A DNA stretch of 64,000 nt from Promethearchaeota archaeon (GTDB lineage Archaea; Asgardarchaeota; Lokiarchaeia; Sigyniarchaeales; SOKP01). This document shows positions 1-10,076 of the stretch, one piece after another (the stretch's first letter is position 1; every line of letters starts with the position of its first letter). Both the position numbers and the translations under genes were made by a program. The notes under the pieces were generated by a model. The model saw only the letters and a list, made by a program, of their open reading frames with translations. It was not told the DNA's origin and ran no database searches. Where the stretch lies: contig JAHPZJ010000027.1 in NCBI GenBank assembly GCA_019058245.1, positions 16,330 through 80,329 of the forward strand, read 5' to 3'.

Positions 1-185
1 CTTTTATTGTAAAAAATAGATTTATATATTCCTTCTAATATATTTTTTTTAGTTCAAAATAAAGTTAGGTATATAACAAATAACAGAAATAATTAGTTTT
101 TTACAACAATAATTAGTTCTTCTGATATATATGAAAAGAATTCTCTTAAATAATAACTCTACAAAAATATTAATATGAATCTAAT

Positions 186-1004
186 ATGATCGCTATGAAC
201 ACCACTCGAAATCCAGATCAATCTAATAAAAAATTGCATATGCTCGGTTATGGGTTATTAAATATTTCAGATCTCAAGTCTGGTGGAAAACTTAATGTGA
301 CTTTTCAATATGGTATAGGGGTATCGCTAATTCAAAATATTTTCGAATTATATAAAAATGAAATTGTCAGCAAAAAACAGGGAAATTCTATTGTTCCTTT
401 AGAAGAATTTACAATTTATATTCAGTATTTTAAAAATGGAGAAGAAAACATATCTGTAATAATATATATGGAAGAAAAGGAACCAAACGTACCTGTAAAT
501 TATCCAAAATTATACTTTTTGTCGAAAAAAATCAATAAACAAATTCTTTCTGGGACACCCATACCAAAACTAAGAGATATTTTTAAATCTGAGATTGAGA
601 TTCCAAAATCTGATGGGGTTATAGCAATATTCATTATTGGATCCACTGGAAGTCCATTTGTTTCAAAGATTAATAAAAGTCGTTCAAGTATAGCTGAGCA
701 TGAAGTTCACATAGGTGGATTTATTTCAGCTTTATTATCATTTTCAAATACAATTATCGGTGAGGAAACTGGCGCCAAGCTTAAAGAGATTAATTTTGGA
801 AACCAACAATTTTACGTCATATCAAAGAGTAATGTTATTTTTGCCTTTTTAGTTGAAAATATGAATTCATTACTTCAAAGATATATGTATCTTCTCACGG
901 ATGAATTTCTTTTCGATTTCCGCGACTATATAAAGGATTTTAATGGGGATGTTACTCCATTTAATGAATTCGAAAAGAAAATAAATCAATATTTTATAAT
1001 TTAA
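186..1004 (+). CDS. Hypothetical protein with C-terminal longin/roadblock-like (profilin-fold) domain, first gene of chemotaxis cluster
   Basis: C-terminal AIFIIGSTGSPFVSK...GGFISALLSFS...LKEINFGNQQFYV...F...NGDVTPF pattern typical of Asgard longin/roadblock-like proteins; 18 nt upstream of cheW. Confidence 0.6.
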   Translation: MIAMNTTRNPDQSNKKLHMLGYGLLNISDLKSGGKLNVTFQYGIGVSLIQNIFELYKNEIVSKKQGNSIVPLEEFTIYIQYFKNGEENISVIIYMEEKEPNVPVNYPKLYFLSKKINKQILSGTPIPKLRDIFKSEIEIPKSDGVIAIFIIGSTGSPFVSKINKSRSSIAEHEVHIGGFISALLSFSNTIIGEETGAKLKEINFGNQQFYVISKSNVIFAFLVENMNSLLQRYMYLLTDEFLFDFRDYIKDFNGDVTPFNEFEKKINQYFII

Positions 1005-1022
1005 AAAAAGGTTATCAAAAAA

Positions 1023-1556
1023 ATGAGTCAAAAACAAGAATATGAAGGAATAAATCAAGTGTCTATCCTCTCCTTCCAGATTGGATGGGAAGAGTTCTGC
1101 ATTGATTTGAATGATGTTAAGGAAATAATTCAAGCAGGGTTAGTAAGAAAATTGCCTAAAAGCTTAGATTACATAGATGGAATCTATAATTATAGAGGAG
1201 AAATTATTCATGTAATTAACTTAAAGAAAAAACTAGAATTGGATCAATCTCTATTATATCAATCTCGAAATTCCTCATATAAACAAGATTTGAAATCTAC
1301 GAAGAAATTCATCATCATCCTAAAGATTGATAACAATTTAATTGGGGTTTATACAGATTCTATCCTTAGTATCGATCATATAAACCCTTCTGAGATAATA
1401 GGATTAAGTCCAATCTTTCAGACCAGTGTTGCTATTGATTATATTAAAGGAATTATTAAATTCGAAGAAAGACCAAGAATTCTGCTTGATTTAAGTAAAA
1501 TTTTCAATGATATTGATAAATTTAGAATTAAGCAAGATTTATCATCTTTAACATAA
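1023..1556 (+). CDS. cheW: Chemotaxis coupling protein CheW
   Basis: F.IG.EEFCIDL..VKEII, GIYNYRGEIIHVINLKKKL, GVYTDSI, ILLDL motifs; gene context. Confidence 0.9.
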   Translation: MSQKQEYEGINQVSILSFQIGWEEFCIDLNDVKEIIQAGLVRKLPKSLDYIDGIYNYRGEIIHVINLKKKLELDQSLLYQSRNSSYKQDLKSTKKFIIILKIDNNLIGVYTDSILSIDHINPSEIIGLSPIFQTSVAIDYIKGIIKFEERPRILLDLSKIFNDIDKFRIKQDLSSLT

Positions 1557-1583
1557 AATCAAATAAAAATAGGAGTTGATAAT

Positions 1584-1970
1584 ATGGTAAAAAATGAAAA
1601 AAAGAAGGTTCTAATAGTAGATGATGCTCAGTTTACGCGTAACATGCTTAAAAACATAATTAATAAAATTGAACAAATTGAAGTTGTAGGTGAAGCTTCA
1701 AATGGAGTAGAAGCAATCTCCTTATATAAAAAATTAAATCCAGACTTAGTTACTATGGATTTAGTAATGCCAGAAAAGGGTGGTATTGAAGCAACAGAGG
1801 AGATTCTGAAAATAAACCCAAAAGCAATAATTATTGTGGTTTCTGCACTAGGTCAAGAAGCTTTAGTTCTTGAAGCAGCAAAAAAAGGGGCAAAAGATTT
1901 CATTCAGAAGCCCTTCAAGAATGAGCAAATCTTAGAGGTAATGAACCGAATACTAAAATCTGGCGAGTAA
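1584..1970 (+). CDS. cheY: Chemotaxis response regulator CheY
   Basis: Stand-alone REC domain: IVDD, DLVTMDLVMP (phospho-Asp), VSA, FIQKPF; AGGAG upstream. Confidence 0.93.
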   Translation: MVKNEKKKVLIVDDAQFTRNMLKNIINKIEQIEVVGEASNGVEAISLYKKLNPDLVTMDLVMPEKGGIEATEEILKINPKAIIIVVSALGQEALVLEAAKKGAKDFIQKPFKNEQILEVMNRILKSGE

Positions 1971-2055
1971 ACTCACCAAGAAGAGTATTATGAATGCAAT
2001 CATCAAATAAATATAAAAAAAAGGAATTAAAATAATAAGGATATAAGGTGATTAT

Positions 2056-4131
2056 GTGTCATCTAAAGACGATATAAAACTTTTTATAAGTGAAGCTGAG
2101 GATTTGATTCAGAAGACGGAGGATGAAATTCTAACTCTGGAAGAAAATCCTAATAATTCTAAACCGATTAAAGAACTCTTCTTCACATTTCATACATTAA
2201 AGGGATTAACCGCAATGGTTGGCTTTGACAATTTATCTAAGTTCTGCCATCATTTTGAATCATTTTTAGATAATGCTCAGAAGAATAAAGTTTCTAAAAC
2301 GAAAAGAGATAATTTCATAGACATGCTATTTGAGAGTCTTGATGTGTTAAAAAATGTCTTAAATCAGGTAAAAAAAGGAGATATGAAAGATATTGATGCA
2401 AATTTTGTTGAAGATATAAAAAATAGCTTTGAAAGTTTTGAAACTGAAGAATATGATATCACCTTTATTGAAGCTTTAAATTTAGAAGAAATTTCTAAAT
2501 TACTTAATCAGAATCAAAATAAATCATTCAAGATTTATATTCGTCTTGAAGACACCTGTGTTTTTAAAAAAGTAAGATTATTCATTATCTTTAGAGCATT
2601 AAATGAAAATGGTAAAATATGTTGGACTAATCCTGTTCCTGAGGAGTTAGAAAGAGCAACAATCAGAAATGATTTTGAAATATACTTTATCACTAAAAAT
2701 AATAAAGAGAATATTTTCCAGATTTTAGATGAGATCTTAGAAATAGAAAACATTGTTATTACACCAATAAAATCTGAAGAATTCAAGAATACAATTGCCG
2801 ATCTCAAGGGAAAATGGGAACTTCAAAAATCAGCTTCAATAAGTGATGATATAATTATTGAAGATTATGATGAAGAAGTTGATGTTGAAGAAATTGAGAG
2901 AGTTTCTCATATTACAGAGGGTTATACAGATGGTACTGTTAAAATTATGAGTGTTAAAGTTAATATTGAATATCTAGAGGAACTAATGAATTATTTCGGA
3001 GAGTTGGTAATAATGAAAAATCATATTAGTCAACTTTTAAAAGAAAAAGAAGATAGAACACTAGCAAGATTAATCGATAAAATGGATAAACCCTTTTTAG
3101 ATATTCAAGAAATTCTTTTTAAATTAAAATTAGTTAGAGTTGAATCAACTTTCAGAAAATATAAACGCTTAGTTCGTGATGTGGCAAATGAAACAGGGAA
3201 AAAAATAAGACTAATTTTAGAAGGAACTAATGTTGAAATCGATAGAAAAATTTTAGAAGAAATTAATTCTCCTCTAGTTCATTTACTTAGAAATGCAATT
3301 TATCATGGTATTGAACCACCAAAAGAACGAATTAAAAAAGGTAAAGATGAATTTGGAATCTTAAAACTAAGAACATATAGAAGAGCAGGATCAATTTTTA
3401 TAGAGGTCCAAGATGATGGTGCTGGTATTAATTATGATAAAATAAGAGAACAGGTTGTGAATAAAGGATATTATGATATAGATGAGGCCAAAGAATTAAC
3501 CAAAGAAGATTTAAATCACTTTATTCTTTTACCTGGGTTTTCTACACTCTCGGATGCAGACCTTATTTCAGGGAGAGGTATGGGGTTGGCTATTGTAGCC
3601 GAGAGAATTAAGGAATTGGGTGGTGATTTTAGCATCCATTCAGAAAAAGATATAGGTACGAAATTTACATTAGACGTACCCTTTACGAGGGCAATATTAA
3701 GAGCTCAATTAATCCAAATAGCTGATGATTTATTTGCAATTCCAACTGAAAATATAAAACAAATATATTTTTACAATCCTAACCAAGTTGAATACATTGA
3801 GGGAGAACAATATTATAAAATAGATTCAAAAATAGTACCTTTAATTCATTTAAGTGACCATTTAAATATGGTAAATGAAAGTGAGACGAATTCTCATAAA
3901 AAAATCGCTATATGGTGCCAAAAAGATGAAGAAAATTCAGCAGTATTTGTTGCTGATAAACAACTTCAACAGTTGGATGTAGTTGTTAAACCTTTTAAAT
4001 CTAATTTTTCTGACTCTCGTGATATATTAGGTTCTACAATTACAGGTGAAGGAATTATTTGCCTAATAATTGATGTGTTGAGCATTATTACCTCTAAAAC
4101 AAATGAAAAAATAATTTCTAATTTAACATAA
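2056..4131 (+). CDS. cheA: Chemotaxis histidine kinase CheA (HPt-P2-dimerisation-HATPase-CheW)
   Basis: HPt FHTLKG, N-box HLLRNA, G1 DDGAG, F-box PGFST, G2 SGRGMGL, C-terminal CheW-like domain; GTG start with AGGTGA upstream. Confidence 0.96.
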   Translation: MSSKDDIKLFISEAEDLIQKTEDEILTLEENPNNSKPIKELFFTFHTLKGLTAMVGFDNLSKFCHHFESFLDNAQKNKVSKTKRDNFIDMLFESLDVLKNVLNQVKKGDMKDIDANFVEDIKNSFESFETEEYDITFIEALNLEEISKLLNQNQNKSFKIYIRLEDTCVFKKVRLFIIFRALNENGKICWTNPVPEELERATIRNDFEIYFITKNNKENIFQILDEILEIENIVITPIKSEEFKNTIADLKGKWELQKSASISDDIIIEDYDEEVDVEEIERVSHITEGYTDGTVKIMSVKVNIEYLEELMNYFGELVIMKNHISQLLKEKEDRTLARLIDKMDKPFLDIQEILFKLKLVRVESTFRKYKRLVRDVANETGKKIRLILEGTNVEIDRKILEEINSPLVHLLRNAIYHGIEPPKERIKKGKDEFGILKLRTYRRAGSIFIEVQDDGAGINYDKIREQVVNKGYYDIDEAKELTKEDLNHFILLPGFSTLSDADLISGRGMGLAIVAERIKELGGDFSIHSEKDIGTKFTLDVPFTRAILRAQLIQIADDLFAIPTENIKQIYFYNPNQVEYIEGEQYYKIDSKIVPLIHLSDHLNMVNESETNSHKKIAIWCQKDEENSAVFVADKQLQQLDVVVKPFKSNFSDSRDILGSTITGEGIICLIIDVLSIITSKTNEKIISNLT

Positions 4132-4185
4132 TTTTTTAAGAAGAATTAAAGTATCAAAAGAAGATAAACTTGGAGGAAACATAAT

Positions 4186-6213
4186 ATGGGTTTTAAAAAA
4201 ATTGATATTGACGAATTAAAAACAAAAGCAAGCCCAACTTTTCTTGGTATACCTATCAGGGAAGGAGGTAAACTTATCCAAAAAAGCTATAGAGAAAAAA
4301 AAATTGAATCAAGTTACATGGGAACAAGCTCAGAAGTATTGATATTAAATGAAGAATTTTTGGAATATGATTATCAAAACGATGGAACAAGAAAAGGAGT
4401 TATAGGTAATGGAAATATTTCAATTTTCAATAATTCTATTAAAGATAGAATCTGGGATGCAAATTTACAATTTTCTGGCTCACAGTTTAATAACCAGAAA
4501 GCCGAAAATAATCTTAATTTAGGTGTCTTTGAACCTAATTCAAATAAAGTATTGAAATATGAAATTATAAATTCTGAGGATTTGCCGGATTTAATAAATG
4601 TAACTGAAAGTATTGATAACCTTAATGAAGATATTGGAATCTTTAGAAATAGTTATGAGGATTTAGAATTAAGTAATCATGAAATCTTGGAAAAAAGTCA
4701 GGATAAAAATTATTTATTGTTATGGGGAAAAGAGAATAAGGTAAAATTTACAATTAACATTGCTAACGTATCATCATATACACTTGTTAATATTAAGTTT
4801 AAAAAATTATTTGCAAATGTTTTTTACGATTTGGAATTTAAGTGCGAAAAAAGTAAGGAATTTAAAGTTATTAGAAATTCTATAGAAAGTTCATTAAATA
4901 ATATTAATCCAGGTGAAAGTATTGATATAGTTATTTATGCAAAAGTATTTCCCAAAAAGAAAGAAAATATCAAAACAGGAAATATTGAATTAACATTTAA
5001 CTTATCAAATAGAGTAATTTCCGGAGTAACAATCGATCATTTCTCAGCATATTCTCATGCGATGCATGCCATTAAAAAAACGGAAAAGATTCACGAACCT
5101 AATAACTGGAAATGTTCTCTTATATTCGAAAACTTAAGTGATTTTTCATTAAAATTGAAATCTATCCAAATATTTGATAAAAATAAAAAAAATAAAATTC
5201 TGGATTTAGATTCTAGAACACTAAGAAAACAAGTAGTCAATCCTCATGGTAAATATAAAACAGATTCTTTTTATTTTGTTGATGAAAAGGAGCCAATATT
5301 TTCAAGAAAAGTTGAATATTCTATTGGTTACAAGACTGAAAAGAATTCAATGATTACTTCCAGATATGAAGATAATTTCTTTGTCATTGCTCATTCAACA
5401 ACAAAAAAGAAATTATCAGACGAAGAGATTAAATCATTTGAAGAGGCTTCAGTACATTCCCAAATAACAATCAGTAATCAAGGGACGATACCAATCAGGG
5501 GTCTACAAATTATAGAAAAAATACCTGAAGATTTTTTACCTACAGGAAATATTTCAGATTATACATTAAGTAAATCCTCGGGTAAATTAATAATTGATGA
5601 TCTTGAATTAAAAATAAAGCCTGATGATGAAGATTCTTCTCATGAACACACCATAGAATTAAATATCAATTTAAAAACCAGTAGTTTAAATTCAGTAATT
5701 GATGTGGATAATTTCTTAGAGTTAAAGTATCCTCTTAAAGCAGTAAACCCAGATTATAAAAGAGATTATAATTTTCCACTTAGAGTTTATATCTTTTACT
5801 CAAAATATAAGGATTCTGATCGAAAAGAGTATTACATGATATCGGAAGATCTTTCTGATATGGATAAATCTAAAATAAGAATTACTCATAAAAGAAGAAA
5901 AGTTACTATTGGAAAACAGATTTATCCAGGAAGGAGCGCTAATGAATTTGCTATTTATATTATCGCAAAAAATGGTTCAAATATGAAAATGAATGATATA
6001 AATATTACAGATTCTTTTCCAGATTCATTTGAAATGATCTCCTCAAATGCAGAATATAAGCTCACTAAATCAAAGAAAAATGCTGAACAAAAAATATCCT
6101 TTACAGTTGATACTCTTTTACCTTACCAAGAAAAAGAGATAATGTATTATTTAAAAAATATAACTGAAAAAGAGATAAAATCATCAGAATTAGAGTCATT
6201 TTTTGTTGGATAA
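4186..6213 (+). CDS. Hypothetical cytoplasmic protein with several predicted beta-sandwich (Ig/DUF11-like) domains
   Basis: 675-aa ORF with GGAGG upstream; repeated ITI.N.G..PI..L.I.E.IP / I.AKNGS.....DINITDSFP..F patterns; no signal peptide or TM. Confidence 0.55.
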   Translation: MGFKKIDIDELKTKASPTFLGIPIREGGKLIQKSYREKKIESSYMGTSSEVLILNEEFLEYDYQNDGTRKGVIGNGNISIFNNSIKDRIWDANLQFSGSQFNNQKAENNLNLGVFEPNSNKVLKYEIINSEDLPDLINVTESIDNLNEDIGIFRNSYEDLELSNHEILEKSQDKNYLLLWGKENKVKFTINIANVSSYTLVNIKFKKLFANVFYDLEFKCEKSKEFKVIRNSIESSLNNINPGESIDIVIYAKVFPKKKENIKTGNIELTFNLSNRVISGVTIDHFSAYSHAMHAIKKTEKIHEPNNWKCSLIFENLSDFSLKLKSIQIFDKNKKNKILDLDSRTLRKQVVNPHGKYKTDSFYFVDEKEPIFSRKVEYSIGYKTEKNSMITSRYEDNFFVIAHSTTKKKLSDEEIKSFEEASVHSQITISNQGTIPIRGLQIIEKIPEDFLPTGNISDYTLSKSSGKLIIDDLELKIKPDDEDSSHEHTIELNINLKTSSLNSVIDVDNFLELKYPLKAVNPDYKRDYNFPLRVYIFYSKYKDSDRKEYYMISEDLSDMDKSKIRITHKRRKVTIGKQIYPGRSANEFAIYIIAKNGSNMKMNDINITDSFPDSFEMISSNAEYKLTKSKKNAEQKISFTVDTLLPYQEKEIMYYLKNITEKEIKSSELESFFVG

Positions 6214-6251
6214 TAAAAAAATAATTAAGATAAAAATTAGGAGGAAGAAAT

Positions 6252-7094
6252 ATGAAACTACAATATTATGAAATGATGGATGATAAATCTAAAAAATATT
6301 TATTATATCTCATCGAACAAGTCTTGCCCCAATTCACTGTAAGTGAACTTAAACTTTTTTTGGAAGATTTTTCTAATAACCTTAAAAATGGAAAAAAGTC
6401 TTCAAAATCAGCTAAAAATTATGTTGAAATAGGAAATGATGCAGGAAAATTAGCTGATTTATCAAACTTAACCATAGAAGAGTTAAAATTAATGTTCCAA
6501 ATTTATATAAGCCGAGAAAAAAATGATAAATTTAGTATTAAGTGGCGGTTTTATCAATATCTTAAATACATGTTAGATTTAGACCTAAAATCAGTTAAAG
6601 TTAACCAAGATCTTAATCCAGACTCATTAATTGATTTGATTGTTGAAACCGTAGAAAAAGAAGTAATTCTTATATTATGTTATGATGTTTTAAGTATAGA
6701 CATTTATAATAAAGCTATAATTAAGATAAATGAATTTGCAAAGGAAGAAAATTTAATTCCTGATAGAATTATTTTTGCTGTGGGTAAATCATTTCGTAAT
6801 ATACCAATTGATATACCTATAAAAATTATCAACAAGGAGCTTATACCTGAATTATGGATTGAATGGATTGAAGAGAACTGTCCCTTCAATAGAGAAGATT
6901 TAATTATTGTAAATGATAGAGAACTAAAACTCGCGGGTTTTAACTTTACTAATATAGAGGATATGCTGAATTATATATTTAGATATTCCAATGGTGGGCA
7001 AATTACCATATATAGACAGGTCGATTTTTTTACAGAAGTTGATGAGGATGAACCCGAATTGGAATTAATTTGGAAAGGAATTATGTTAAAATAA
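6252..7094 (+). CDS. Hypothetical protein in chemotaxis cluster (possible degenerate restriction-endonuclease-like fold)
   Basis: 280-aa ORF with GGAGG upstream; IDLIVET...ILILC segment only loosely resembles a PD-(D/E)XK core. Confidence 0.45.
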   Translation: MKLQYYEMMDDKSKKYLLYLIEQVLPQFTVSELKLFLEDFSNNLKNGKKSSKSAKNYVEIGNDAGKLADLSNLTIEELKLMFQIYISREKNDKFSIKWRFYQYLKYMLDLDLKSVKVNQDLNPDSLIDLIVETVEKEVILILCYDVLSIDIYNKAIIKINEFAKEENLIPDRIIFAVGKSFRNIPIDIPIKIINKELIPELWIEWIEENCPFNREDLIIVNDRELKLAGFNFTNIEDMLNYIFRYSNGGQITIYRQVDFFTEVDEDEPELELIWKGIMLK

Positions 7095-7135
7095 AAATTA
7101 AACAGAAAAAATAGGAGAAAAAAGAGGTCAACAAT

Positions 7136-9127
7136 ATGTTAGAAACTGAATTTCAAAATAACGAATTTAAAGATACAATAAACGTAGTAATTATTCAAGT
7201 TCTTGATGAAAGATATCTTATAGAAGTTAAAAATATAAAGGAAATTTATGTTCCAGGGGATAATATCATTCCCGTTCCTTTAACAGATAAATCCATACTT
7301 GGTATTATTAATATAAGAGGAGAAATTTATTCAATTATCTCATTAAGACATAATATATCTGATGATAATGATATTGATTATGGTTTATCTAACACATCAC
7401 GGATTTTACTATTAGAATATGAAGACTTAAAAATAGCTTTATTAGTAGATTCCGTAATTGGCGTTAAAAATATTCCCCTTTCAATCTTCAAAAAACAAGG
7501 TACTATTGTAAAAACAAGTATTGATTTCAGATTGATAAAATTAACTGGAATTTTTCAGGATGAAGCACTTATATTATTAGACCTACAAGCTTTAATTCAA
7601 CCTTATTTGAAATCTCAGGTTAAGAAAGTAGAGAAAAAGATAGAACAAAAACCTAAAGTCCTTGAACGTGCTAAAATCCACCCTAAAGTGAAGCCAAAAA
7701 CAACACCAGAACCTAGCAGCATTGAATCAGCTGTTATAATCCCTCAAAAAACACCATCTGAAATGCAGCTGACTAAGATTCCAGTAGAAAAAAAACGAAA
7801 ACAAGTATCATTATCGAATGAACAGCAAGATATTCTTAGAGAGATTGGTAATATAGGAACTGGAAACGCTGTTACAGCTTTATCACGACTAGTTAAAAAG
7901 AAAATAGATGTTACTCTCACAGATGTAGGTATTATACCTTTAAATGAATTACCAAAACAATTTGGTGGTGCTAAAGAGAAAGTATGCGGGATTTTTTGTC
8001 ATATAGATAAACCATCTCAAGCAACTATTTTAAATATTTTTGAAATGCAACCACTAATGAAATTGATAGCACAATTAGCGGGGCCTCAATCTAAGATAGA
8101 TCCTAAAAAGGTGAAATCTAAAAAAGATCTTGATGATTTTGCTATTTCCACTATTGTAGAGATGGGTAATATTATGGCAGGGCATTATGCCTCTGCATTA
8201 GCTGATTTATTAGAAACAAAAATGCTGATTGATATTCCGGAATTTACAATGAGTAAAGCTGGAGAAATTGGAGAATTTCTTTCTAAAGAATTAGAATCTA
8301 TTGCGGAGTATTTTATTATAATAAAAACTTCAGTAAACGTAGCGGATTTGAAACTGACAGGTATGTTCTTCTTTATCCCTGATCTTGAAACGTTAAAGAC
8401 ATTTTTCAATAAATTAGGTATTGAACATGATATACCTGTCAAGATAATGACAACTAAAAGAGCAACTGAAATCCCAAGTATCGATAAGATAAAGCTTTCA
8501 GAAGTGCAAAGAGATGCGTTACAAGAAGTCGGAAATATTGGTGCTGGAAATGCCGCTAACGCCTTAGCTCAAATGATTAACAAAAGAGTAGATATAAATA
8601 TTCCATCAGTAGAGATGGTTGAATTGGATGAGTATGCAAATACTATGAGTAATAAAAATGAGACCCTTTTGGTCGCTTGGAGTAATGTTACTGGTAAAAC
8701 TCGAGCTACTGTCCTGACATTGTTTAATATAAAAGATGCTATTGATATAACCTCAATAATAGTAGATGATAGAGATAAAAAACAAATCGATCTTAGAAAA
8801 AAAATTAGTAAAGCGTCTGATTTTCCTGAGCTTTATCATAGTGCAATATCTGAACTAGGGCATATATTAGGTAGCCATTATGTAAGTGCAATTGGGGATT
8901 TATTAGGTATAAGATTAATGACAGAACCTCCAGATATGAGCGTGGACACGGGACGTCAATTATTTAAAATTTTAAAAGAGGAAATTGGATTACTAAAAAA
9001 ATTATCACTGGTTATTACTACAAATGTGATTATCACAGACATTAAAGTTACTGGTACTTTCTTGTTCATTCCCAACTTAGAAACATTACAAGAATTATTG
9101 GAGGCACTTTTAAAGTTTTATTCTTAA
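7136..9127 (+). CDS. CheW-CheC-CheC fusion protein
   Basis: N-terminal CheW (GIINIRGEIYSIISLR, ALLVDSVIGV), K/P-rich linker, two CheC-family domains (REIGNIG/VEMGNIM; QEVGNIG/SELGHIL). Confidence 0.88.
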   Translation: MLETEFQNNEFKDTINVVIIQVLDERYLIEVKNIKEIYVPGDNIIPVPLTDKSILGIINIRGEIYSIISLRHNISDDNDIDYGLSNTSRILLLEYEDLKIALLVDSVIGVKNIPLSIFKKQGTIVKTSIDFRLIKLTGIFQDEALILLDLQALIQPYLKSQVKKVEKKIEQKPKVLERAKIHPKVKPKTTPEPSSIESAVIIPQKTPSEMQLTKIPVEKKRKQVSLSNEQQDILREIGNIGTGNAVTALSRLVKKKIDVTLTDVGIIPLNELPKQFGGAKEKVCGIFCHIDKPSQATILNIFEMQPLMKLIAQLAGPQSKIDPKKVKSKKDLDDFAISTIVEMGNIMAGHYASALADLLETKMLIDIPEFTMSKAGEIGEFLSKELESIAEYFIIIKTSVNVADLKLTGMFFFIPDLETLKTFFNKLGIEHDIPVKIMTTKRATEIPSIDKIKLSEVQRDALQEVGNIGAGNAANALAQMINKRVDINIPSVEMVELDEYANTMSNKNETLLVAWSNVTGKTRATVLTLFNIKDAIDITSIIVDDRDKKQIDLRKKISKASDFPELYHSAISELGHILGSHYVSAIGDLLGIRLMTEPPDMSVDTGRQLFKILKEEIGLLKKLSLVITTNVIITDIKVTGTFLFIPNLETLQELLEALLKFYS

Positions 9128-9248
9128 ATTAATCATTAAGAATTATTTTTATCTCAATTTTATTCTAAAATTTCAAAATCGAATGAAGAAGATTTATATT
9201 TAAAATAAATCTAAATAGAATATTAAAAATTATAGATAGGGATTAAAT

Positions 9249-9803
9249 ATGTTAAAAAGCGGTTATTACGACTTTATTTATGAAGTACAAGGTGAAACAC
9301 TTAAACTAAGGCCCGAGAAGATGTTTGATCCCAATTGCGTGTATTTAATAGTAGATAAGGAGTTAAAACTTATTTGGATCTGGGCGGGTAGTCATTCTCG
9401 ATTATTTCATCGATATATGGCAGCTAATTTTGCAGGAAAACTCAAGACAAAAAAGAAATTTTATAATTTTAAATATGAAGTCGTTAAAGAAGGTATTGAA
9501 CCTCCTGAATTTCATATAATATACAAAGAGATTAAAGAACAAAATTCTACTATAACCTATCCTGGGCAATCTAGATATATTGTTAAACAAACTCAAGCCC
9601 CAAGTAGTTATGGGGGAACTTCATCTTTAGATACAAGTTTAGAATCTAAAATAATTCTAGATGGTCGAGAATTATCAAAATCTGTCAAATCTCGTATTAA
9701 AAAAATTTTATCTGAGATAAAAGAAATTCAATCACATATAACTTATTCAATTAATCATATCCAACAACGTTTTGCCGAAATTGAAAAATTATTAGAAAAT
9801 TAG
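9249..9803 (+). CDS. Single gelsolin/villin-domain protein with C-terminal coiled coil
   Basis: FDPNCVYLIV...IWIWAGSHS...AANFA..L...VVKEGIEPPEF matches the gelsolin repeat consensus; heptad pattern at C-terminus. Confidence 0.75.
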   Translation: MLKSGYYDFIYEVQGETLKLRPEKMFDPNCVYLIVDKELKLIWIWAGSHSRLFHRYMAANFAGKLKTKKKFYNFKYEVVKEGIEPPEFHIIYKEIKEQNSTITYPGQSRYIVKQTQAPSSYGGTSSLDTSLESKIILDGRELSKSVKSRIKKILSEIKEIQSHITYSINHIQQRFAEIEKLLEN

Positions 9804-10076
9804 AGTGTTTAGAAACGATAAGAATTAAGGATATTAGATTTGATTCGAATTATTTAAAACTGCTAACGTACCTATTAATTAATAATATTGAATTTACTTC
9901 TGATTATAATAGAAGAAATATTGTCAAAAGAAGAATCAGTTATTGAATTATTGAAAGGAGGTAAAAGTCAAGAGAATTGTTAATTTTAGGAAAAATAGAG
10001 TAAAAAATTTAATCAGAATATAATTAAAAACTTAAAGTTTGTTATAATCATATGTAATTGAAAAAAGAGGGCTCAA

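Noticed and set aside
9888-9983. Short ORF (about 31 aa) between the gelsolin gene and cheB
   Set aside because: TTG start without SD, no motif; expected by chance in AT-rich DNA
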